From positions 1 through 40,374 of the forward strand of contig JAUXCH010000001.1 in NCBI GenBank assembly GCA_030618975.1: 40,374 nucleotides of DNA. The letters run 5' to 3'. This stretch comes from Planctomycetia bacterium (GTDB taxonomy: Bacteria; Planctomycetota; PLA2; JAEUHO01). This document shows, piece after piece, positions 24,483-32,803 of the stretch. The translations under genes were made by a program, and so were the position numbers. Below the pieces are notes generated by a model. The model was given only the letters and a program-made list of their open reading frames with translations. It was not told the DNA's origin and ran no database searches. How positions within the stretch are numbered: the first letter of the stretch is position 1; every line of letters starts with the position of its first letter.

Positions 24483-25022
24483 CTGGCGAAGAGTCCGGGG
24501 CTCGCGGCATGCCTCTCGTTGCTCTCCAGTGGGCTTGGACAGCTGTACTGCGGATTCGTCGGCCGCGGCCCCGCCATCATGGTCGGACCCGTCGTGTTCG
24601 CCGGTCTCGTGTTCTTCAGCTCTGCCGGCGGTCTGAGGGTAGGTGTGTTCCTCCTCGTCTACCTGTGCGCCCTGGTCTTCTACGTCTGGCAGATCTTCGA
24701 TGCCCACCAGTGCGCCGAACGAATGAATCGGAGCACGTCGAGACGGCCGCACACGCGTGGCCGGACTTCCCACGTCCGGCGACGCGGAAGCGCCAGGCGC
24801 AGGCTCGTCCGCCGAGGGCCCGGCGCCTACACGCGGCGGCCGTGGATCCAGGGGAAGGCCACGGGCCGCACGCGTTGCCGGTCCAGGATCTCGGCCTGCT
24901 GGCGGTACCGGACGGGTAGTGCGCAGATTTCATCCCGGTGCCGGGCGGCGTCTCCCTCGGGTAGTCCCTCGAGTCCGTCGAGGCGGAGCTCCTCCACGAA
25001 GCCCTCGACGTTGTCCGCGTAG
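24483..25022 (+). CDS. small membrane protein (KSPGLAA..LGQLY-type N-terminus), possibly decaying
   Basis: The frame reads (L)AKSPGLAACLSLLSSGLGQLYCGFVGRGPAIMVGPVVFAGLVFF..LLVYLCALVFYVWQIFDAHQCAERMN. No in-frame ATG or GTG lies upstream (CTG 24483, TTG 24519 only). After the membrane part, the frame continues about 95 Arg-rich codons antisense into the desaturase gene. Confidence 0.4.
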   Translation: MAKSPGLAACLSLLSSGLGQLYCGFVGRGPAIMVGPVVFAGLVFFSSAGGLRVGVFLLVYLCALVFYVWQIFDAHQCAERMNRSTSRRPHTRGRTSHVRRRGSARRRLVRRGPGAYTRRPWIQGKATGRTRCRSRISACWRYRTGSAQISSRCRAASPSGSPSSPSRRSSSTKPSTLSA

Positions 25023-25831
25023 TCGCGCAGGCCGTACACCCCGATCCGCTGCCCGACGTGGGCGAAGTGCTGGAACAGGTGTCGGCTCTTTCCGTCCGCC
25101 ATCGTCTTCGCGGGCATCGCCACGCGCCCGAGAGTGTCGCGCAGAGCCTCGAGCGCGCCTTCCGGATCGCGCTCGAGGATGCCCTTCATCATCGCGCGGT
25201 ACACGCGCTCGTGTCGGGCTTCGTCGGCCGCGATGAGTCCGCACATCTTGTGAAGTTGCGGGGCGCCGGCCTTGCCTGCGATGCTGCCGAGTTGTCGCCA
25301 CGACGTCTTCGTCGCATGCTCCTGGATCGACGCGTAGGTCAGCCCACGGAACGGATCGCCACCGGCTCCCGTGTCGAACCCGTTGCGAATCAGGTGCTGG
25401 ATCGTCTGCTCCACGGAGTTCATGTCGACGCGACCGGCGAGGTAGAGGTACCCGAGCGTGACGGCACCGTGGCGCTTCTCCTCCGCCGTCCAGCCCCTGC
25501 TCCACCGGGCCCAGGCGTGGGTCTCGACGCCCGTGCGATCCGTCAGGCCGCCGAAACGGTTGAGTGCCGTCTGATAGGAGGGAAGCGCCTCTTCGGTCAC
25601 CACGTTTCCGACGAGTACGACGAGCATCTCGTCGCTCAGATTGAGGGCCTCCGCCCGCAGGGAGGCAAGATCCTCGCTCCACGTCTCGCCGCCGAAATCG
25701 GGGAGCAGGTCGGAGGGCTGCCAACTCTCCTCGACGGATTTCAGGTTGGGCAGCAGGCCATCCACGTGCGGGAGCAAGTCGATCATGACCTGCAGGCGGT
25801 CGGGGTCCATGGTGAGTTGCTGATGCTTCAT
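24827..25831 (-). CDS. soluble di-iron acyl-ACP desaturase family protein
   Basis: ATG 25831-25829, 334 aa. Motifs VTEEALPSYQ, WTAEEKRHG, IQEHATK and IAADEARHE match the EExxH carboxylate-bridged di-iron pattern of stearoyl-ACP-desaturase-like enzymes. Confidence 0.9.
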   Translation of the reverse strand: MKHQQLTMDPDRLQVMIDLLPHVDGLLPNLKSVEESWQPSDLLPDFGGETWSEDLASLRAEALNLSDEMLVVLVGNVVTEEALPSYQTALNRFGGLTDRTGVETHAWARWSRGWTAEEKRHGAVTLGYLYLAGRVDMNSVEQTIQHLIRNGFDTGAGGDPFRGLTYASIQEHATKTSWRQLGSIAGKAGAPQLHKMCGLIAADEARHERVYRAMMKGILERDPEGALEALRDTLGRVAMPAKTMADGKSRHLFQHFAHVGQRIGVYGLRDYADNVEGFVEELRLDGLEGLPEGDAARHRDEICALPVRYRQQAEILDRQRVRPVAFPWIHGRRV

Positions 25832-25996
25832 CCGGTCTCCGGTCTCCGAGCAAAGCCTAGGCGAAGGCGGACCCCTCCGACCCGGAGAAGGCGTCTTCCG
25901 GAGTTTCGCACCGTGCTGGGCGTCGAGCCGGATGCGACGTCCCCTCTGCGTCCGTTGTAGGCTCGCCCGACTGCCCGACCGGCTGGAGGAAACACC

Positions 25997-26719
25997 ATGG
26001 GACGCATCTTCGAGAAGCGCAAGACCACGATGTTCGCGCGCTGGGACCGCATCTCGAAGCAGTTCTCGCGGATCTCCAAGGACATCATGATCGCGGTCAA
26101 GAACGGCGGTCCCAGCCTGGACGCCAACCCGGCGCTCAGGCGCCTCATCCAGAACGCGCGCGCGGCCAACATGCCGAAGGACAAGGTGGAGTACGCGATC
26201 CGCCGCGCGTCCGGCCAGGAGGCCGTGGACTACGAGGAGGTCCTCTACGAGGGGTACGCGCCGCACGGCATCGCGGTCCTCGTCGAGACGGCGACCGACA
26301 ACCCGACGCGCACCGTCGCGAACGTCCGGTCGCTCTTCAAGTCGGCCGGCGGAAAACTGGGCAACGTCGGGAGCGTCTCGTTCCAGTTCCAGCGAATGGG
26401 CGTCTTCCGGCTCGCAGCCGAGGGAATCGACGCCGACGAGCTCGAGCTCGATCTCATCGACCACGGCCTGGAAGAGATGCTCGCAGGCGAGGGCGACGAG
26501 GGCGAAGCGCAGCTCGTCGTGCGCTGCGGCTTCGTGGAGCTCGGCAACCTGCAACGCGCGCTCGAGGAGCGAGGCATCAAGCCGGTGTCCGCCGGGACCG
26601 AGTACGTCTGCCTAAACCCCGTCGAGCTGCCCGAGGAGCAGGAGCGCAGCGTCCTCGAGCTGATCGACGCGATCGAGCAGGACGAGGACGTCCAGCGCGT
26701 CTTTCACTCGCTCGCCTGA
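25997..26719 (+). CDS. yebC: YebC/PmpR-family DNA-binding transcriptional regulator
   Basis: 240 aa. [89 protein letters not shown] 5 nt upstream. Confidence 0.95.
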   Translation: MGRIFEKRKTTMFARWDRISKQFSRISKDIMIAVKNGGPSLDANPALRRLIQNARAANMPKDKVEYAIRRASGQEAVDYEEVLYEGYAPHGIAVLVETATDNPTRTVANVRSLFKSAGGKLGNVGSVSFQFQRMGVFRLAAEGIDADELELDLIDHGLEEMLAGEGDEGEAQLVVRCGFVELGNLQRALEERGIKPVSAGTEYVCLNPVELPEEQERSVLELIDAIEQDEDVQRVFHSLA

Positions 26720-26754
26720 CGTCCCCCGCCCGCGCGGGTTCGGCGCTCGCGGTC

Positions 26755-29388
26755 CTAGTCCGGGAGCCCCCAGAGGACCCAGGCAGCCCAGTAGTGCGGA
26801 TGGGACCACTTCTCCGTCTTGCGGAGATGGTCCTGCGCCGCTCGGAGCGCTTCCGCCGCGCCCACCGCGTCGGCGGGCTCCTCGGGATTGAACGCTTCGT
26901 AGAACTTCTTCATGAACGCCTGCGTGGCCTCGTCGTCGACCTTCCACAGGCTGGCGACCACGCGCGGGGCGCCGGCGTAGAGGAACGCGCTGGCAAGCCC
27001 CGTCAGCCCCTCGCCCGCCAACGTCTTCCCGAGCCCCGTGTCGCACGCCGACAGCACCGCGAGGTCCGTCGGGATCCGCATGCCCAGGATCTCGATGACG
27101 GACAGGAACCCGTCGTCGCGCTCGCCCGGCGTGAGGGCGAGGGACGACCAGGCCGGCTGCTTCTCGTCGAGGAGGCCGTGGCACGCGAAGTGGACGGAGC
27201 GCCAGCGCTCCCGGCTGGGGAGCGCGCGGCCGAAGGCCCCCTCCGTGGCGTCGGGTCCCAGGAGACGCACGTCCGTCTTCCGCGTGATCGCAAGGGCCTC
27301 TTCGCGCGTGTACTCGAGCGGAGACAGCGAGGTGCCGCGCGCGCCCGGAACCAGTCCGCCGACGACGCCCGCATAGACGGGATCGGCCACGGCGAGGACG
27401 CCTTCGCCCCGGGCCTGCCCCACCTCCTGCAGCAGGCCGTAGGCGGTTGCCGAGGGAACGAACACGACCTCGCGCTCGCCGGCGATCCAGGAGAACGGCA
27501 CGGCCGCCAGGACGTCCACGGGGCTGACGAGCAGGCGCGTCACGGAGTCGGGCAGCTCGAGCCGGCCGATCAGCGCCGTGGACAGGGGATCGGCGGCGGG
27601 CAGGTCGCCGGCCTTCCCCATCGCGTCGCGCACCTCCTGGATCAGGGACCCGATCTCCTCGATGCCGCCCAACGTGGGCTTCCGGGTCGTCGTCTTCTCG
27701 ATGACGAAGGCGCGGAGGTCGTCACCGACGACGGAGTAGAGGACCAACGCATCCTCCGGACCCAGCAACTCCTTCTGGACGATGGCCAGGGGAAACGCGT
27801 CCGCGCCCCCCCGCCCCCCCCGCAGCATCGCGCCCGGCGATGCCCGCTGTCGTCGGCCGAGCTGGTCCAGGTACGCGACCCGAGCTTCCCGGTACTCCTT
27901 CTCCGCGGGAACGACGAGGGTGAACGCACCGTCCTCACTGGCGGCCTGCCTGCGGCAGAGTGCCGCGGCAACCCGCTCCCGGGCGCTCTCCAGCTCGGGA
28001 TCGGCAGGTGTCGGCGCGGCGACGGTCCGGCCGATCCCGGCCGTGAGCGTCGCCGCGCGCGTGCGGTCGAGGAGGTCGAGGCACGGGGCGGGATCGACCA
28101 GGTCGAACGCGATCCGTCCCGCCAGCGCCAGCGGATAGGCGTGGTGCGCACGCGTCGAAGCCCGGCTCAGCGGCGAGAGCCCCGTGGTCATCTGCGCCAG
28201 GGCATCGAGGGACTCCCGCATCAGCTGCCAGGCCTTCTCCGTCCGGCCCCGGCGCTGGTGCTCCACGGCCAGGAGCGCCGCGGCATGCGCGACCTCCCCC
28301 AGGTCGCCACGCGCGTCCGCCTCCCGATGACACGCCTGGAGCCGCTCCAGTCCCGCGTCGTAGCGCTCCAATCGAAGCAGCGAGCGGCCGATCGCGCGCT
28401 CGATGCTCAGGTACAGGGAAGCGTGGATGCCGGCCAGGCCCCGGGCCTCCTCGAACTGTGCGAGAGCCTGCTCGTGCTCTCCGTCCCGGCTACGTTCCAT
28501 GGCGTCCAGGTAGATCACGTTCGCCGTCGCCAGCTTCTCCCCCGCCTTCTCGAACAGGGTGCACGCCGCGTCGAAGGCCTCCCGCGCCTGGGCTCCCTCC
28601 CCTTCGCGAGACGCGAGGGATCCCAGACTCGTGAGGAGGTCCGCGCGGAGCACGGCGTCCTCCTCCCCCACGAGTCGCAGCCCCTTCTCGATGCACTCGC
28701 GCCCCCGCTCGTACTCGCCCAGGCGCACGTAGGTTTCACCGAGGATCTGGAGGGCCGATGCCAGGTTCCCGAGATCTCCGGACTCGCGGAAGTACCGCCG
28801 CGCCAGCTCCCCCGCCTCCAGCGCCGCGGCATACTGCCCGCGTGCGCGTTGTGTCAACGCGACGCGCAGGTGGACGTCCGCTGCGAGCTCGGGCTTGTCG
28901 CCCACCATCGAGCGGGCCTCTTCCAGGTAGATCAGCGCCTGGTGGGTGTCGCCCAGCTGCATCTCGAAGTAGCCGAGGTCGAGCAGCGTGTCGAAGACGT
29001 CCTCGGCCAGGTCCGTAGCGCGCGCGACCTCGAGCATGTGGAGGCTCGTGTTGCGCAGGCCGAGGTAGTCGTAGCAGGCGTGCAGGCACTCGATCCGTCC
29101 CGCGATGGAGGCCTTCACGTAGTTCGGGTCGAGCCGCTTCTCGACGGCGAAGCTCTCGGCCTCGCCGTAGGCCGCCATGGCGTCGTCGTACTTCCGGGCC
29201 TCCTGGAGGGTCGTGGCCTGCTCGAAGAGTCGCCACCAGCCGTCCTCGGGGCCGGCATCGTCGCCCTGTGCCGGGTTCACGGCCAGGCACAGGGCACAGG
29301 CAAGCAGGACGACGGTCCATGCGTGCCGCACGGGACGGCTCCGGGCCCCGCGACGGCGCGGGGTGGAGCGATGAACGACGTCGGTCAC
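26755..29388 (-). CDS. signal-anchored TPR-repeat CHAT-domain (caspase-like) protease
   Basis: 877 aa. GTG 29388-29386 with GAGGGG SD. Leader RHAWTVVLLACALCLAVNPAQG. About 400 aa of TPR-like repeats. C-terminal CHAT with the His/Cys dyad context (SVHFACHGLLD .. LAVLSACDTGLGK .. APRVVASLWKVDD .. HPHYWAAWVLWG). Confidence 0.9.
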   Translation of the reverse strand: MTDVVHRSTPRRRGARSRPVRHAWTVVLLACALCLAVNPAQGDDAGPEDGWWRLFEQATTLQEARKYDDAMAAYGEAESFAVEKRLDPNYVKASIAGRIECLHACYDYLGLRNTSLHMLEVARATDLAEDVFDTLLDLGYFEMQLGDTHQALIYLEEARSMVGDKPELAADVHLRVALTQRARGQYAAALEAGELARRYFRESGDLGNLASALQILGETYVRLGEYERGRECIEKGLRLVGEEDAVLRADLLTSLGSLASREGEGAQAREAFDAACTLFEKAGEKLATANVIYLDAMERSRDGEHEQALAQFEEARGLAGIHASLYLSIERAIGRSLLRLERYDAGLERLQACHREADARGDLGEVAHAAALLAVEHQRRGRTEKAWQLMRESLDALAQMTTGLSPLSRASTRAHHAYPLALAGRIAFDLVDPAPCLDLLDRTRAATLTAGIGRTVAAPTPADPELESARERVAAALCRRQAASEDGAFTLVVPAEKEYREARVAYLDQLGRRQRASPGAMLRGGRGGADAFPLAIVQKELLGPEDALVLYSVVGDDLRAFVIEKTTTRKPTLGGIEEIGSLIQEVRDAMGKAGDLPAADPLSTALIGRLELPDSVTRLLVSPVDVLAAVPFSWIAGEREVVFVPSATAYGLLQEVGQARGEGVLAVADPVYAGVVGGLVPGARGTSLSPLEYTREEALAITRKTDVRLLGPDATEGAFGRALPSRERWRSVHFACHGLLDEKQPAWSSLALTPGERDDGFLSVIEILGMRIPTDLAVLSACDTGLGKTLAGEGLTGLASAFLYAGAPRVVASLWKVDDEATQAFMKKFYEAFNPEEPADAVGAAEALRAAQDHLRKTEKWSHPHYWAAWVLWGLPD

Positions 29389-29415
29389 GACGTTCCCCTC
29401 TCGGATCGCCGGGTC

Positions 29416-30006
29416 TCAGGGCTGGAACTCGAGGACGACCTCGTACGCGGAACCGTCCTCCTTCGGCTGTACGGTCACGATCATCAGGTCGATCGGGGTC
29501 ATGGGGTCCGTCCGCACCACGGCCTCGTGCACGAACTCGACAGGGTCTTGGAGACTCGCGTCCTCGCACAACTCCGCCGTGACCCGGATCGCGTACAAGG
29601 GGAGGGGGTAGGGGACGGGCGGCACGAGGATGCAGAACCCCTCGGGAGGAAGCCCCAGCCCGTACACCTGTGGGTCCCCGAAGTTCGTGCCCGGGTCCGC
29701 CTGCGTGTCGATCGTCAGGCGCTTCAAGAACTTCTTCGTCTTGTTCTTCACCTCCGTGTGACCGATCTGGTTGTCGCGGACCGGCTCGGGTTCGCTCTTG
29801 AAAGCGAGGATCGACTTCACCTTCAGGGCCACGCAGAGCAACGCCGCGAGCACGTAGCCGACGGCCAGTTCGATACAGCACCTGCCGTGGGCCATCCAGC
29901 AGATGATCACCACGCCCAGCCCGGCGATCACGAGGATCACCACGTCCATCCACTCGAAGGAGCGTCGCGCGTCGCGCGGCACCTGCTGCTTCCGTCCGTT
30001 CCCCAT
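29416..30006 (-). CDS. uncharacterised two-TM protein with ~125-aa C-terminal soluble domain
   Basis: ATG 30006-30004 preceded by AGGAGG. MGNGRKQQVPRDARRSFEWMD, TM1 VVILVIAGLGVVIICWMA, TM2 IELAVGYVLAALLCVALKV, then a Lys-rich linker and a Pro-rich beta-like domain. 27 nt upstream of the CHAT gene on the same strand. Lower GC than the flanks. No family recognised. Confidence 0.7.
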   Translation of the reverse strand: MGNGRKQQVPRDARRSFEWMDVVILVIAGLGVVIICWMAHGRCCIELAVGYVLAALLCVALKVKSILAFKSEPEPVRDNQIGHTEVKNKTKKFLKRLTIDTQADPGTNFGDPQVYGLGLPPEGFCILVPPVPYPLPLYAIRVTAELCEDASLQDPVEFVHEAVVRTDPMTPIDLMIVTVQPKEDGSAYEVVLEFQP

Positions 30007-30166
30007 CGCACCCTCCTGATCCGTCGGGCTCCGAGGCGGTTGGAACCCGGATCGACCTTGTCGGAATGGTAAGCGGGCGCGGCCTGCGCCTGTTACACCC
30101 AATTGTGAAGGAGTGCGCACCCGGACTCTCGATGCGGCACCGGTGCACTCGCCACCTACGCGATGC

Positions 30167-31633
30167 CTACCTCGTCGCGTTCGTGGTCAGCCGCCAGTCG
30201 TCGGTGCGAAGCGGCGACGCGGGGAGGCCGTCCGCGTTCACGAGGTTGCAGACGGGGTTGTCCGCCCACGCGTAGCGAGCAGCGAGGGGCGTCGGCACCC
30301 GCGGAGAGAACACGACCACGGGGTCGCCCCCGCCGCGCGCCATCGCAGGCACGAAGACGTGGTCCTCGCCGGCAATCGTGAATCCACGAAGCGGGTCGCC
30401 GCCCCGCGCCTCGAGCCCCGCGCCCACGTGGTCGAACCGGAGGATCACCTTCGGACCGGCGATCTCGTGCTCGCGGTAGAGCGGACCCGAGGGGAGGAGC
30501 TTTCGCCCGTAGTCGGCGTGCAGCGCCCAGCGGGCCAGGCGGCGGCCCACGTCCTGCTTGTTCTTCGGGTGGATGTTCGCCGCCTCGCCGATGTCGATCG
30601 TCACCGCCATCCCGGTGTGCTCGACGGTCCGGAGCGTGTGCAGCTGCGCGTCCCTCAACTCCGCCCACGCGCTGTCGCCGGGCACGTCACGCACCTTCCG
30701 GAAGTTGGCGAGCTGGACGAAGTGGAACGGGAGGTCCTCGCGACCCCACGCCGCGCGCCAGGCGCGAATCATCACGGGAAAGAGCGTCCGGTACTGCCAG
30801 GCGCGTCCGGCGTTCGACTCGCCCTGGTACCAGATCGCCCCGCGAATCGTCAGCGGCACGAGCGGGGCGATCATCCCGCGGTAGAGGTTGCCGGGGCGAT
30901 GGGCGTGGAGGTCGAGGCCCTTCGCGCCCTTCGCGTGGCTGTCGATGTTGCGCCGTTCCCACTGGTCCAGGAGCGGCGCCAGGGACGCCTCCTCCTGCAG
31001 GGCAGCGACCGGCGTCCACGCCTCCGCCGGCGTCCCGCCCCACGACGTGTGGACGAGACCGACGGGGACTTTCAGCGCGTCCTGGATCTCGCGCCCGAAG
31101 AAGTAGGCCACGGCCGAGAACCGGCCGACGGTCGCGGGCCCGCACACCGCCCACCGCGCGTTCACGTCCTCCCGGGGCTCGAGCGCTGCGCGGTGAGGCA
31201 CGGTGAAGAGGCGGATCTCCGGATGGTCGGCCGCGGCGGTCTCCGCCTGCGCGTCGTTCGACGCGCTCACGGGCCACTGCATGTTCGACTGCCCGGAGCA
31301 GATCCAGACCTCGCCGACGAGCACGTCGCGAACGCGGAGCGTCTTGCGCCCGGCCACGGAGAGCACGTGCGGACCGCCCGCCTTCAGCGCGGGCAGGTCG
31401 ACACGCCACCGGCCGTCGTCACCGGTCGAGGTGGAGGCGCTACGAGCGGCGAGGCGCACGGTGATCCGCTCGCCGGGCTCCGCGCGCCCCCAGACGGCGA
31501 TCCGTTGCTCGCGCTGCAGCACGCAGTGGTCCCCGAAGACGGCCGGGAGGGTCGGGTCGGCACGCGCCTCGCGAGCGAGGACCAGGCCGAGCAGGGCGGC
31601 GATCAGCACCGTGGCGTGGCGCGAACCTCGCAT
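30167..31633 (-). CDS. sialate O-acetylesterase (SASA/SGNH-type carbohydrate esterase)
   Basis: 488 aa. Signal peptide. VGEVWICSGQSNMQWPV, HTSWGGTPAEAW, AIWYQGESN and DIHPKNKQDVGRRLA blocks. Confidence 0.9.
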   Translation of the reverse strand: MRGSRHATVLIAALLGLVLAREARADPTLPAVFGDHCVLQREQRIAVWGRAEPGERITVRLAARSASTSTGDDGRWRVDLPALKAGGPHVLSVAGRKTLRVRDVLVGEVWICSGQSNMQWPVSASNDAQAETAAADHPEIRLFTVPHRAALEPREDVNARWAVCGPATVGRFSAVAYFFGREIQDALKVPVGLVHTSWGGTPAEAWTPVAALQEEASLAPLLDQWERRNIDSHAKGAKGLDLHAHRPGNLYRGMIAPLVPLTIRGAIWYQGESNAGRAWQYRTLFPVMIRAWRAAWGREDLPFHFVQLANFRKVRDVPGDSAWAELRDAQLHTLRTVEHTGMAVTIDIGEAANIHPKNKQDVGRRLARWALHADYGRKLLPSGPLYREHEIAGPKVILRFDHVGAGLEARGGDPLRGFTIAGEDHVFVPAMARGGGDPVVVFSPRVPTPLAARYAWADNPVCNLVNADGLPASPLRTDDWRLTTNATR

Positions 31634-31666
31634 GGCGGTCTCCCGACCTCTCGGCGACCCGAGCGT

Positions 31667-32695
31667 CTACTGGAGCGTGAAGTGGATCTCGACCTTCTCG
31701 ATGCCGTTCTCCTCGTCGCCTGCGACGACGAGCACGCCCTTCTCGCGGGCACCGAGGAGCTTCTCGAAGGGCACGTAGAGAACGCCGACGGGATCCGCCA
31801 GGACGACGTCCTTGTCGACGACCGTGACGAGCAGACCGTCGCCGATCCCCGCGCGACCGTTCACCTGCAGGCCCACGTCCTTCCAGTTCAGCTCGAAGGC
31901 GTCGACCTGCCCCTCCTTCGCCTTCGTTCCGCCGCCGAGCCAGTCGAGAGTGACCTCCAGGTCGGGTCGGACCACCTCGAGTCCCTCCAGCTCCTTGGGG
32001 AACGGGATCTTCGGGAAGCGGCGCTTGAGCGGGTTGCCGCCGGCGTCCCAGTCGCCGCCGGCCGGGCGTTGCTCGCGCGCCACGAGCTTCAGCTCCCGGA
32101 TGCGCAGACCGAGCTTCGGCCCGGCGCCCTCCGCGCCGGGATTACGGACCACGACGGTGAGGTCGTGGAGCCCCCCCGAACCCTCCAGCACGTGCGGACC
32201 GGGGTGCGAGACGAGGGCCTTGGCGTCGCCCAACGCCTTGCCGATCTCGTCGTCGTCCTTCAGGTCGTCGTCGACGACCCGGAAGGTCAGCACGTTCGGG
32301 AGCTGGTCGTTCGGCGGCAGGGGGACCTCGAGCGCCCACGCGGGGAGGAACGTCCCCTGGACGGCTCCCGACCGGCCGAGCTCCACCTCCCCCGCGAGCA
32401 CGACCACGTAGGGATCCGGGCGGTTCCGGTAGGGCACCATGGAGAGGATCGAGAGCGGCGGGAAGCCCGTGACGCCACCGACGGCCTGGTAGACGAGCAG
32501 CGGGATCTTCCGGTGATCCGCGTCCCACGTCTTGCCCTTCGGCTTCAGGGGGTGGACGCGCGCGCCGAGCACGTGGAGACTCGCGCCCTGGCCCTCGCGA
32601 GCGAAGGACACCGGCGGGGCGACGGTGACGGTGACGAGCGCGAGGAGGGTCGCGGCGGCGAGCGGCCACGCGAGGCGACGGACGGAGCGGGTCAT
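31667..32695 (-). CDS. secreted protein with two C2-like (Asp-rich beta-sandwich) modules
   Basis: ATG 32695-32693, 342 aa. Signal MTRSVRRLAWPLAAATLLALVTVTVAPP. TFRVVDDDLKDDDEIGKA and LLVTVVDKDVVLADPVGVLYVPF resemble C2-domain Ca/lipid-binding loops. The domain call is tentative. Confidence 0.7.
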   Translation of the reverse strand: MTRSVRRLAWPLAAATLLALVTVTVAPPVSFAREGQGASLHVLGARVHPLKPKGKTWDADHRKIPLLVYQAVGGVTGFPPLSILSMVPYRNRPDPYVVVLAGEVELGRSGAVQGTFLPAWALEVPLPPNDQLPNVLTFRVVDDDLKDDDEIGKALGDAKALVSHPGPHVLEGSGGLHDLTVVVRNPGAEGAGPKLGLRIRELKLVAREQRPAGGDWDAGGNPLKRRFPKIPFPKELEGLEVVRPDLEVTLDWLGGGTKAKEGQVDAFELNWKDVGLQVNGRAGIGDGLLVTVVDKDVVLADPVGVLYVPFEKLLGAREKGVLVVAGDEENGIEKVEIHFTLQ

Positions 32696-32803
32696 GGCGT
32701 TCCTCTCGACGAGCGGTGGGAGTGCGCATGGTACGGCGCAGCCTGCCGACGCGTCGAGGGCATGGCTTGCGCTCGCCTTGGACCGGCGCGAGCATGACAG
32801 GCA

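Noticed and set aside
29416-30006. Bacterial gasdermin as the partner of the CHAT protease.
   Set aside because: The protein has two N-terminal transmembrane helices and is shorter than known bacterial gasdermins, which are soluble before cleavage. No sequence resemblance that I can see.
26794-30072. 1092-aa plus-strand ORF.
   Set aside because: It lies antisense to the TPR-CHAT gene and the 2-TM gene. It has Arg/Leu/Gly/Pro-rich composition and no recognisable motif, while the minus strand carries unmistakable CHAT and TPR signatures.
30113-32797. 894-aa plus-strand ORF. Also similar long ORFs at 35429-38164 (+), 20531-23269 (-), 22303-24636 (+), 38365-40089 (-), 309-2528 (+), 5893-7335 (-), 10558-12036 (-) and 9381-10529 (-).
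   Set aside because: All are mirror frames of genes with strong domain evidence on the other strand or frame. Their translations are dominated by R, P, G, A and D/E runs. No independent support.
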